From Dehalococcoidia bacterium (GTDB lineage Bacteria; Chloroflexota; Dehalococcoidia; Lucifugimonadales; UBA3495): 64,000 nucleotides of DNA. The DNA lies in contig DAOUJN010000039.1 of NCBI GenBank assembly GCA_034422655.1, positions 16,937 through 80,936 on the forward strand. Direction: 5' to 3'. The notes beneath the pieces are model-generated. The model searched no databases. It was not told where the DNA came from and saw only the letters and a list, made by a program, of their open reading frames with translations. Every line of letters starts with the position of its first letter. Within the stretch, counting starts at the first letter, position 1. Position numbers and translations under genes: made by a program. Below are positions 55,305-63,908 of this stretch, piece after piece.

Positions 55305-56804
55305 TCACCCCTGCCATATCCCCATTTCTCCTAATCTTTGCCTCAAATACGGCATATCCCTGTCGCCCTTAATTGCATTACATGTGTGGCACATCAGTTG
55401 CAGGTTCCCAACCGAGTCCAAACCGCCTCGGGAGCGGGGGGTAATGTGGTCAACGGTAAGTACGTGGAGGGGCAGTTCATACTGGCAGCCTGCACAGCGA
55501 CGTTGCTGGTTGGAATAGAGGAATTGCCTCTCAGATTGAGGACTGACTGGACTCAGCAGGTTCAAATCGGTGCGGGCCGGCGGCGAGGTCTCCGACCTCA
55601 TGGCTTGGCTCCAATCCTGCCAGGCCCTTCCGTTCCCATCATCTAGCGGTATCTGCAACTCACGTTTTGCGCGATTTCGCAGGGTTTCCACGGCCTGAGG
55701 CAAGATATCTATTCCTATCCATTCTCGCCCCAATTTTTCAGCAGCAATGCAGGCGGTGGCACAACCGCAGAAGGGGTCCAGTACCAGTTCGTTTTCGACT
55801 GAAGATGCACTAATTATTCTTTCTACCAGGGCTAACGGCTTCTGAGTTTTCCAACCTGTCCGTTCTCTAGATTGGGCCGATATTGGCCTGATATCAGTCC
55901 ACAGATTTGATGGAACTTGTCCCGGGTTGCTTGCCAGGTATCGTTTCAGCCGAGGCATGCCTTCCTTCTCGGGATAGTGGATCAAACCAGCTTTATCCAG
56001 AGCGTCCAATCTTTCAATCGGGCTTTCGATGAGGCGGTAGCCGGGGATGAAGTTTTCTTCAATCCATCTCGCATAGTTGCTGATATAAGGAATGGCCCAG
56101 TGCCGACCCGTTCTGTTTGGGTCATATCCCCTCCAAACGTGACTGCTTTGCCCTGTCCTCAGTTCGGCGGCAGTCAGGTCCCCGATTTGATATGCGCCCC
56201 GCTCGTCCTCATGCCGATAGAATCTGGCAACATAGTCAGAGTCCAGAGGCACACGTATGTTTCCAGGATTTATCCTAGCCCGGAGGCTGTAGAAAAGAAT
56301 GTTGTCGCACACATTTCCAAAACTGCGTGAATCGTTGTGAGCCGACGTCCGTTGCCAAGTGATTTGGCAGCGATAGGCCTGTTCGCCAAATAGCGCATCC
56401 ATGATGGCCTTCAAGTAATGGGATGCGTGAGGGTCGCAATGCAAGTAGATGCTGCCGGAGTTCTTTAGTATCCGGTGCATTTCAACGAGCCGGACGCTCA
56501 TGAAAGTGAGGTATCCGGCCATACTTTCGCCGTGGGCCAGCTTAGCGCCGTTAATCAGGTAAAACAGGGCGGGACGGCGATACTCAACCTCCTCGATCCA
56601 CTCCTGCTTCATATCATCCAGGGTCCAAACATCATCGAACTCGGCGCCGCGGGCTTCGCTGTCCAGGGGGGCGGCGTAGCTCTGGTTGGAGTTAAAGGGC
56701 GGGTCCAAGTAAATCAAGTCCACGCACTCGGAGTTGATGCCCCGGAGAATGTCGAGGTTATCGCCGGTAAATATGGTGCGGCTGGGTACGTTGCAGGCGG
56801 CCAT
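55305..56804 (-). CDS. beta-class N6/N4 DNA methyltransferase fused to a C-terminal HNH nuclease domain
   Basis: Positions use the numbering of the 510-aa track ORF. Motif IV is DPPF (aa 45-48), followed by TQKPLALVERII and motif I VLDPFCGCATA (aa 352-362). The HNH module is CAGC...DHITPRSRGG...NLQLMCHTCNAIKG (aa 448-491). Start set at ATG 56804; a TTG at 56837 is the alternative. Confidence 0.85.
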   Translation of the reverse strand: MAACNVPSRTIFTGDNLDILRGINSECVDLIYLDPPFNSNQSYAAPLDSEARGAEFDDVWTLDDMKQEWIEEVEYRRPALFYLINGAKLAHGESMAGYLTFMSVRLVEMHRILKNSGSIYLHCDPHASHYLKAIMDALFGEQAYRCQITWQRTSAHNDSRSFGNVCDNILFYSLRARINPGNIRVPLDSDYVARFYRHEDERGAYQIGDLTAAELRTGQSSHVWRGYDPNRTGRHWAIPYISNYARWIEENFIPGYRLIESPIERLDALDKAGLIHYPEKEGMPRLKRYLASNPGQVPSNLWTDIRPISAQSRERTGWKTQKPLALVERIISASSVENELVLDPFCGCATACIAAEKLGREWIGIDILPQAVETLRNRAKRELQIPLDDGNGRAWQDWSQAMRSETSPPARTDLNLLSPVSPQSERQFLYSNQQRRCAGCQYELPLHVLTVDHITPRSRGGLDSVGNLQLMCHTCNAIKGDRDMPYLRQRLGEMGIWQG

Positions 56805-56944
56805 TGGCAACTTCACCTGGGAGATTAAGGATGGCAAGGAAATGGTAGGGTTGACCCTGTTCGCCTGTCAATCGGAAAGTGTCAGCAGGGGCAGGGCGAC
56901 GTGTTGGATGGGTGGGTCCGAGTGCCCCGGGGCTGGGCGGCAAC

Positions 56945-58444
56945 CTAATCGTCCGCCGCGGCGGGACCATCAATAAGCCCTACGCTGGAGTCCAGGACCT
57001 CAAAGTTGAACTGCTGGGTGGGCGCGACGGCGCGGCGGGAGAGGATTATGACGGCGGTGAGGGCCGTGGAAATTACCAGCGCGGAGGCGAAGGACCAGAA
57101 CATCTGGCCGCCGGCGGGGGCGGTGAAAGCCCAGGGGGACAGGAGGTCGGGCCGGGGGTAAAAGAGGGCGCCGATTACGATGCCAACACCGCCGGCCACC
57201 ATGACTCCCCAGCCGGGCATGCGGCGGGAGTATAGGCCCACCAGCACGGGAATCGCCAGGGCTGCGCCCAGCAGGTCGGCGATGAGGAAGACGTAGAGAA
57301 CGCTGTGGCCCTGGGAGGCTACGATGATGGCGGGGATGGCAACGACTACCGTAATGGCCCGGGCCAGCAGCATGAGGGAGCCACGCTGGAGCCCGAAGCC
57401 GGCCAGGTCGGCGGCGACGCCGCTGGCGAGGCCGTTCATCAGGGTGTCCAGGGTGCTCATGGCCAGCATCAGGGCGCAAATGAGCATCAAGAAGTGCATC
57501 CACAGGGGGAAGACGTCGCTGGCCAGGGCGAACAGGGCGGCGGCCACTTTCGGGTAGCCGAAGGGTTCCACGGACTCGTTGCCCACGGCGGCAATGCCAG
57601 CCAGGCCCATGAGGAAGGTGAGGGGGATGGCTATGGCCACGGCGCCCCACAGGCTGCGGTTGAGGACCCGCTGGTCCTGCACCGTGTAAACGCGCTGCCA
57701 CATGCCGGGGTGGAAGGCGTTGGAGGTGACGATGCCGATTATCAGGACGATGGCGAAGAAGTAACTGCCCGGGGTGCTGGCTGACAGGAGACCGGCATTA
57801 CTGGCCTCAGACCAGGCGTCGGTGTTGCCCAGGAGGACGGCAGCAACGACCACCAGCAGGAGGAGGACGGGAATCAGGACCCAGAACTGGATGCGGTCGG
57901 TGTAGATGGAGGTGCGAAGCCCTCCGTAAGCGGTGTAAGCGATGACCACGATGCCAACGGCCAGGGCGGTGGCCCAGAGGGGCGAATCGGTCAGGTTGCT
58001 GACCGCAGCGGTGATGGCGGTGAGTTCGGCGGTGATGAAGATGCCCATGATGAAGATGATGGACAGGAAGATGGTTACGAAGGGCGCCACGCCGAAGCGG
58101 TGCCGGATGTATTCGGTTATGGAGTGTCCGTTGGGCATGACCTGTCGGATGCGGGGGCCGACGAACATGTACATGACGGGGATGCCGGCCATGCCGATGG
58201 CATAACCCACCAGGGCTATGATGCCGAAGTTGGCGCCGGTTTCGCCGGGGCTTAGAAGCACCCAGGTGCCGAACATGGAGGCCACCAGGGTGGCGATGCC
58301 CACGTTAACGGGCGCGTGGTTGCGGGAAACGGTGTAGTCCTCGACGCTCTGGCCGCGCCGTCGCCAGGAGTAGGTAATGCCCAGCACCAGGAAGGCGGCG
58401 CACACGATTATCAGGGTAATGATGCCAAGGTTGGTATCCAGCAT
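56945..58444 (-). CDS. sodium:solute symporter family transporter
   Basis: Polytopic 499-aa protein from MLDTNLGIITLII. The track ORF extends to 58849 through non-coding-looking sequence. Confidence 0.85.
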   Translation of the reverse strand: MLDTNLGIITLIIVCAAFLVLGITYSWRRRGQSVEDYTVSRNHAPVNVGIATLVASMFGTWVLLSPGETGANFGIIALVGYAIGMAGIPVMYMFVGPRIRQVMPNGHSITEYIRHRFGVAPFVTIFLSIIFIMGIFITAELTAITAAVSNLTDSPLWATALAVGIVVIAYTAYGGLRTSIYTDRIQFWVLIPVLLLLVVVAAVLLGNTDAWSEASNAGLLSASTPGSYFFAIVLIIGIVTSNAFHPGMWQRVYTVQDQRVLNRSLWGAVAIAIPLTFLMGLAGIAAVGNESVEPFGYPKVAAALFALASDVFPLWMHFLMLICALMLAMSTLDTLMNGLASGVAADLAGFGLQRGSLMLLARAITVVVAIPAIIVASQGHSVLYVFLIADLLGAALAIPVLVGLYSRRMPGWGVMVAGGVGIVIGALFYPRPDLLSPWAFTAPAGGQMFWSFASALVISTALTAVIILSRRAVAPTQQFNFEVLDSSVGLIDGPAAADD

Positions 58445-58736
58445 GTCCTGTCTCCCGGTTTTCCTGAATGCTACAACAGGGAAGTATAGAGGATACAGAA
58501 CACCGGCGGGTTTGTGAACCGCGGGGGGTAAGCCATTGCCATCGAAATGGTAGGCTCGTGGCAGCCACCGGGTGTTGTAGGCCATGTTCAAAACGAATAG
58601 CGGTTGGCCTTTTGCCTGCCGGTTGCATGGGAAGAAAGGGGAGACTAGGGGAAGGGGTTTAGTGACGTGGTGATAGTGAAGTTCGCTCAAATTTCCGTTA
58701 GAATCAGGGGCAGGAAGCAGATGTGGGGTATGAGAA

Positions 58737-59054
58737 ATGGCGGAGAAGATAGAGTACATATTTCCCAAGGAAGACGGCGTTGCGCTGGTGGACGGGTTGC
58801 CCAGGATTGTGGACCATGACGCCTGGGATAAAAGGATGGCCGAGTTCAAGAGGGACAGGCAATTCTACGGCGCTCACAAGAAGGAGCTTCTGGAGAAATA
58901 CCCCTATCATTGGGTGGCGATTTTCCGGGAAGAAGTGGTGGCGGTTGACCGCGACCGGTGCGCTATGGTCCGGAAACTTGACGAAATGGGGATACACAAG
59001 ACCCATGTTGTTATACATCTCTTGGATCCTGACCCTCCCACGCTCATCCTCTGA
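58737..59054 (+). CDS. small protein partnered with an aspartic protease (antitoxin-like position)
   Basis: 105 aa. The core LLEKYPYHWVAIFREEVVAVDRDRCAMVRKLDEMG resembles that of the 47873 protein. It ends 6 nt before the protease gene. Confidence 0.6.
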   Translation: MAEKIEYIFPKEDGVALVDGLPRIVDHDAWDKRMAEFKRDRQFYGAHKKELLEKYPYHWVAIFREEVVAVDRDRCAMVRKLDEMGIHKTHVVIHLLDPDPPTLIL

Positions 59055-59060
59055 AAGCCA

Positions 59061-59531
59061 ATGCCAATACAGGGATTCTTCGAGTCTGAGCACAATGACC
59101 CGCCGGCACCCTTTCTGGAAGGAATGATTTACTTTCCCAGGCTGGGAACGGGAGGGCTCCTTTCTTTCCTAATTGACACCGGCTCCGATCGCACTTTCTT
59201 ACCAAGGGACCCCGCGGAGGAATTGGGAATAGACTACCAAGAATTGGAAGGAAGAAGGCTTTCGGGTTTGCGCGGGGTGAGTGGGCCGGCCGGATACTAT
59301 CGGGAAGAAGCCTTGGTGTTATTCAATGACGATTCGGGGAAAGATATCATTTGCCGGCTGGTAGTGGGGCTTCAGGCCACTCGCGGAGGTGGTTCCGGCT
59401 GGGATGCACCTCCCCTGCTGGGGAGGGATTTCCTGAATTTGTGCGATTTGACGGTCAGCTTTGCGCAGGGCGCGGTGGAATTAGAGCCCATCAGAGTGGA
59501 TGGGAATTTTGTTGTAGATCCGATGGAGTGA
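59061..59531 (+). CDS. retropepsin-like (clan AA) aspartic protease
   Basis: LIDTGSD catalytic motif and LLGRDFLNLCDLTVSF. Second copy of the module at 47482-48169. Confidence 0.7.
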   Translation: MPIQGFFESEHNDPPAPFLEGMIYFPRLGTGGLLSFLIDTGSDRTFLPRDPAEELGIDYQELEGRRLSGLRGVSGPAGYYREEALVLFNDDSGKDIICRLVVGLQATRGGGSGWDAPPLLGRDFLNLCDLTVSFAQGAVELEPIRVDGNFVVDPME

Positions 59532-59604
59532 AGTGGGCGGCCACGAGGGCCGCTTCTGCGAACGATTGAATGGGCCTTCGGTCCCGCAGGGGGCGTTTAG
59601 TTTC

Positions 59605-59632
59605 TTGACAAGGGCTGTTGCCAAGCTACAAT
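59605..59632 (+). promoter_or_regulatory. candidate promoter (TTGACA-N16-TACAAT)
   Basis: Read directly, about 45 nt upstream of the 59676 start. Confidence 0.4.
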
Positions 59633-59675
59633 TCAGGCTGGGTACCCCATTCAGACTTTGCAAGGAGAAATGAAG

Positions 59676-60434
59676 ATGCCGTTCTACGAGAGAGGCGACG
59701 TCCGCATCTATTATGAAGAGCAGGGTTCCGGCTTTCCGCTGCTGCTGACGCCCGGCGGGGGCCTTAATTCCATAGCCGCCGGCTGGCCGAGGCAGGTGTT
59801 TGACGGGTTCGACACGTTCAAGAACGATTTCCGGTGCATCACCATGGACCAGCGCAACGCCAACGGCGGGCAGTCCACCGGTCCGGTGCAGGTGGAAGAC
59901 CCTTGGGGCGCGTTTGCCGACGACCAGTTGGGGCTGATGGACCACCTGGGTATCAACGAGTTCCTGTTCATCGGCTACTGCATCGGCGGGCCCTTTGCCA
60001 TGAAGCTGATTGAACGGGCGCCGGAACGGGTGCTGGCTGCCGTCCTGTGCCAGCCCGTGGGCCACTCGGACGCTACGCCGGATTCCATGTATGACTCCGG
60101 CGTGAATATCTGGGCGCCGGAACTGATGCAGAACCGGCCCGACGTTACCATGGAGATCGTGGAGCAGTACCTGCACAACCTGTACCGGGTGCAGCCCGAC
60201 TTCATGTACTGCGTCTCGCGGGATTTTGCCCGCCAGTGCCAGACGCCTATACTGGTAATGCCGGACGACACGCCCTCCCATTCCTACGAGGCGGCCATGG
60301 CAATGGCGGAGATAGCCCCCAAGGCCCAGGTAACGGCGTACCCCTGGAAGGAAGAACCTGGCATCAAGGCCAACACCATTGAGCAGGTACGGGAGTTCCT
60401 GAAGGCGCACCAGCCGGTGGCGGCTGCGGCGTAG
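59676..60434 (+). CDS. alpha/beta-hydrolase-fold protein
   Basis: YYEEQGSGFPLLLTPGGG entry strand and nucleophile elbow FIGYCIGG (Cys where Ser is usual). Start at MPFY, 8 nt after AAGGAG; the track ORF starts at 59658. Confidence 0.8.
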   Translation: MPFYERGDVRIYYEEQGSGFPLLLTPGGGLNSIAAGWPRQVFDGFDTFKNDFRCITMDQRNANGGQSTGPVQVEDPWGAFADDQLGLMDHLGINEFLFIGYCIGGPFAMKLIERAPERVLAAVLCQPVGHSDATPDSMYDSGVNIWAPELMQNRPDVTMEIVEQYLHNLYRVQPDFMYCVSRDFARQCQTPILVMPDDTPSHSYEAAMAMAEIAPKAQVTAYPWKEEPGIKANTIEQVREFLKAHQPVAAAA

Positions 60435-60462
60435 AGCTGCAGTCTATCCTCTGAAAAGGAAA

Positions 60463-60500
60463 AGTCCCCGGGGCATGATTTACGCCCCGGGGACTTTCTT
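60463..60500 (+). terminator. rho-independent terminator
   Basis: AGTCCCCGGGGC-9 nt loop-GCCCCGGGGACT followed by TTTCTT. Confidence 0.65.
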
Positions 60501-60649
60501 GTCTTGGGAATTGCCACCCCCATCCTGACCTCGTCCTATCAAGGGCTTATTACACCATACTTTCTGTGGCATATAGGCCAATCCAAGATTCAAGGCCCGC
60601 AACGTACCAAACTAGGTGGTGGAGCCTAGGGAGGGAGGCTGAGTATCAC

Positions 60650-60678
60650 GTAGGGGCGGGTTTCAAACCCGCCCCTAC
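60650..60678. repeat. REP-like perfect palindrome GTAGGGGCGGGTTTCAAACCCGCCCCTAC
   Basis: Identical to 52386-52414. Lies between convergent genes. Confidence 0.85.
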
Positions 60679-60744
60679 ACGGGTAAGCCACCTGAACTGT
60701 CATGCGATAAGCCCGTCAAGGGGGAAGGGACTCCCAGAAGTCGT

Positions 60745-61596
60745 TTACCTGATCAGCCGCTCGGCCATTCGCTCCAGTTGTTGGGACATTTCTGCTTCGG
60801 TGTCGCAGTGCTGGGGCCAGACGGAGACGCGTAAGGCGCCGGCGTTGAGGAAGTCGTCAACCTGCTGGCGGGTGGTTTCGGGGGGCTGGCCGAAGACGGA
60901 GATGGTGAGGGACTCGGGGGAACGGCCGTATTCGCCGGCAAGGGCGTCCAGTTGGTTGCGGCCGTTCTCGATCATCTCGGGGTTGGCGCGGTTGGGGAGC
61001 CAGCCGTCGGCCCAACGGGCGACGCGGCTCAGGACGTTGCGGGCGTTGCCGCCCAGCAGCACCGGCGGATGGGGCTTCTGGTACGGCTTGGGGTTCATGT
61101 ACACGGGAGGGAAGTCGTAGTATTTGCCGTGGAACTCGGCCTCATCCTTGGTCCACAGTTCCTTCAGGGCCAGCACGGCCTCGCGGGCCTGGGTCCAGCG
61201 GTGGTCGAAGTCGCCGCCCATCATGGTGGTCTCCTCGCGGTTCCAGCCGGCGCCTACGCCGAAGACAAAGCGGCCCTGGCTGTGCAGGTCCAGGACGGAA
61301 ATCTGCTTGGCCAGGATGAGGGGGTTGCGCTCGGGGACCAGGGTGATGCCGGTACAGAGCTTGATACGCTCGGTTACGGCGGCGGCCATGGCCAGTGCGA
61401 TGTAGGGCTCGGTGAAGTGGGCGTAGGTCCAGGGGATTTCACCGCCGGTGGCCGGAAAGGGGCTGTCGCTGTGGACCGGCAGGATGGGGTGTTCGTGGTA
61501 CCAGAGGGACTCGAAACCCAGTTCCTCGGCCTTGCGGGCGTAGAAGGCGGGGTCCAGGGTGTAGGCGGGCAGGGGGACTACCAATCCGACGGACAT
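60745..61596 (-). CDS. LLM-class F420-dependent oxidoreductase
   Basis: 283 aa. ELGFESLWYHEHP, GRFVFGVGAGWNREE and HPPVLLGG are typical of the small F420-dependent LLM subfamily. Confidence 0.85.
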   Translation of the reverse strand: MSVGLVVPLPAYTLDPAFYARKAEELGFESLWYHEHPILPVHSDSPFPATGGEIPWTYAHFTEPYIALAMAAAVTERIKLCTGITLVPERNPLILAKQISVLDLHSQGRFVFGVGAGWNREETTMMGGDFDHRWTQAREAVLALKELWTKDEAEFHGKYYDFPPVYMNPKPYQKPHPPVLLGGNARNVLSRVARWADGWLPNRANPEMIENGRNQLDALAGEYGRSPESLTISVFGQPPETTRQQVDDFLNAGALRVSVWPQHCDTEAEMSQQLERMAERLIR

Positions 61597-61624
61597 TGTG
61601 AATCTCCTACTCCAGGTTGGTGGG

Positions 61625-62503
61625 CTACGGGTTTATCACGCTGCTTTGGCGTTTGACGACGAAGGTTTCGCGGTTTTCGATGAAGTCTGTGACCACGTTA
61701 GCCACGGCCTGGGGGCGTTCGGCGGCGACCAGGTGGGCGGCGTCGTAGACCAGCGAAATGTGGCAGTTGGGGATGTTGGCCCGGTAGATGGAAGGGGCCT
61801 CGCGGGCAATCTGCCGGTCCCTGGCGCCGAAAACGGCCAGCGTGGGGCACTTTATTTCGGGGAGCCACTCCTCCAGTTCGGTGTCTGACTCCTTGGGCAG
61901 GAACTTGGGGGCCAGTTCCCAGCCGCCGGGCAGGTCCACGATGTTGGTCATGCGGTGGATGTCGGCAACCAGGCGGCGGGACCACCCGACCCAGTCCAGG
62001 TCGAACAGGTCGGCGGCGGTCCGGATTGCGTTGGGCGACAGCAGCACCAGGGATTCGGCCGGTTCCGGGTCCATGGGGGCGCGCAGGATGGTGCGGAGGG
62101 CCAGGTTGGCGCCCTGGGTGGCGCCCACCAGGTTGTAGGTGTCGCCGGCCAGGGCTTTGGCGGCCTCGCGGACGGCGGCCTCTGCGCCCTCCTCCTTGGG
62201 AAGATGGACGTGATAGTCCTCGTAGGCATCCGGGTTTCGCCGGTGAAACTCCCGCTCCTTTTCCCGCATATTTTCCACGTCGGCGGACTCAAACTCCAGG
62301 ATGAACAGGTGGAAATGCTGGCCCAGGATGTCGTAGAAATCGCGGTTGCCCCAGCGCATGGTCTCCAGGAACACGACGGGCAGGCCCTCGCCGGCCTCGC
62401 GGCAGTTCAGGAAGAACTGGCCCGCCTTGATGCGGTATTGCTTGAAGGGAATGGACGGCTGGTAGAAGACGCTGGACTCGTCGTAGAATTCGTAGTAATC
62501 CAT
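61625..62503 (-). CDS. alpha/beta-hydrolase-fold protein (atypical)
   Basis: Fold pattern with elbow LVGATQGAN (Thr where Ser is usual) and a C-terminal DAAHLVAAERP His motif. There is a large insertion after strand 3. Confidence 0.7.
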   Translation of the reverse strand: MDYYEFYDESSVFYQPSIPFKQYRIKAGQFFLNCREAGEGLPVVFLETMRWGNRDFYDILGQHFHLFILEFESADVENMREKEREFHRRNPDAYEDYHVHLPKEEGAEAAVREAAKALAGDTYNLVGATQGANLALRTILRAPMDPEPAESLVLLSPNAIRTAADLFDLDWVGWSRRLVADIHRMTNIVDLPGGWELAPKFLPKESDTELEEWLPEIKCPTLAVFGARDRQIAREAPSIYRANIPNCHISLVYDAAHLVAAERPQAVANVVTDFIENRETFVVKRQSSVINP

Positions 62504-62544
62504 ATTGTCGCGTTGGCGGCGTCCCCAGGGATGGGCGCTGCCGC

Positions 62545-63648
62545 CTAAAGCTCCTTTATCTGGGGCAGGACTTCCCTGCCGAAGAGTTCTAGCTCGTCCA
62601 TAACCTCGCCGTGGGTCAGGCCGGGCTGCTGGAAGAACAGGTCCACGACGCCCACGCCGCAGCGGTCATGGTATTCCTTTATCTTGTCGGCGACAGTGTC
62701 GGGGCTGCCCAGGAAGTTGAGACCCAGGGAGCGGCCCACCACGTCGCCCTGGGGACTGCCAGCCAGGATGCGGCGCAGGTCGAACTCCTCGCCGGAGCGG
62801 GCGGCCTGCACCACCTGGGCAACGGATCGGGAAATCTGGATGGCGGGGCGGGGCTGGCCGCCGGGCAGGGAGTGGAGCCAGTCCTGGGCCGCCTGGTCCG
62901 TCTGGGCCACGTAGATGTTGCCACGGAAGACGATGTCGTCGGAAGCGGGTTGCCAGCCGGCCTCGTTGCACCAGTTGACGTACTTCTCGGCGATGGGCTC
63001 CATCATTTCCACGGGAATGAAAGATACGCCCAGGCCCATGCCGTTCTCGGCGGCGTACCGGACGGTGTCGTCGCTGCGGGTGGCCATGATGCAAGGGGGC
63101 AGGGGTTGCTGGACGGGACGGGGCCACACGGAGACGGTGCGGAACTGGTAATAGCGGCCTTCCCAGGAGAAGGGCTGTTCCTCGGTCAGGGCCTTGCGGA
63201 TCAGGTCCATGCCCTCGAAGAGCATCTCCCGGCCCTCGGAGGGGTTGACGCCGTACACCTGGTCCTCGTTGGGGGTGCCGCGCAGGAAGCCCATGACCAG
63301 GCGGCCGTCGGAGATGTTGTCCAGCATGCCCATTTCCTCGGCGATGCGGACGGGGTTGTTCAAGGGCAGCAGGGGGCCCAGCATGGCCAACTTTACCTTC
63401 TTGCACCGCTCGGCCACGGCGGCGGCCATAACGGCGGGGTTGCCGGTGGCGATGCGGCCGGAATAGTGGTGCTCGGAGAAGCTGACCCACTCGAAGCCCA
63501 TCTCCTCAGCAAATTCGCATTCCTCAATGCCATCCCGGTAGCTCTGGACGGAAAGGCGGGGTTCGTGGCAGGCGGGAGGAATGGGCCAGGTTTCGGGGAA
63601 GAGGTGGCGGTCGGCGTAACCCATTGCGCCCAAATAGGATGCTTTCAT
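62545..63648 (-). CDS. LLM-class flavin-dependent oxidoreductase
   Basis: EEMGFEWVSFSEHH and a luciferase-like TIM-barrel pattern over 367 aa. Confidence 0.9.
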   Translation of the reverse strand: MKASYLGAMGYADRHLFPETWPIPPACHEPRLSVQSYRDGIEECEFAEEMGFEWVSFSEHHYSGRIATGNPAVMAAAVAERCKKVKLAMLGPLLPLNNPVRIAEEMGMLDNISDGRLVMGFLRGTPNEDQVYGVNPSEGREMLFEGMDLIRKALTEEQPFSWEGRYYQFRTVSVWPRPVQQPLPPCIMATRSDDTVRYAAENGMGLGVSFIPVEMMEPIAEKYVNWCNEAGWQPASDDIVFRGNIYVAQTDQAAQDWLHSLPGGQPRPAIQISRSVAQVVQAARSGEEFDLRRILAGSPQGDVVGRSLGLNFLGSPDTVADKIKEYHDRCGVGVVDLFFQQPGLTHGEVMDELELFGREVLPQIKEL

Positions 63649-63722
63649 AGTCCTCCCTGGTGGGTCGCCTGGGGCAGGTTTAGGGGTGTCCCGTAGTTGT
63701 GGTAAGCCTCTTTTGTAGCTGT

Positions 63723-63751
63723 AGTTTAGGGTTGGGGTAGGGGACTGTCAA
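63723..63751 (-). promoter_or_regulatory. candidate promoter (TTGACA-N17-TAAACT)
   Basis: The reverse complement reads TTGACA gtcccctaccccaaccc TAAACT, about 70 nt upstream of the 63648 start. Confidence 0.4.
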
Positions 63752-63830
63752 TCTTCATGCTCGCCCAAGCACGACTGAATTCTGATTTGCGAGCGCCGGT
63801 AAGCCTTGGCTCTGCAGGGGTGGTTTTCAA

Positions 63831-63908
63831 CACAGAGACGCAGAGAACGCAGAGATTCACAGAGATGCTCTGTGCGACTCCGTGTACTCAGTGCCTTTGC
63901 GGTTAAAG
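63831..63908. repeat. short-unit repeat (CAGAGACGCAGAGAACGCAGAGATTCACAGAG...) with an internal hairpin
   Basis: Tandem GCAGAGA-type units and the hairpin CACAGAG-ATG-CTCTGTG. The ORFs called across it look like repeat read-through. Confidence 0.4.

Noticed and set aside
58445-58849. 135-codon N-terminal extension of the second symporter ORF
   Set aside because: The extension has non-membrane, low-complexity sequence. The transporter-like hydrophobic sequence begins at the internal Met (58444).
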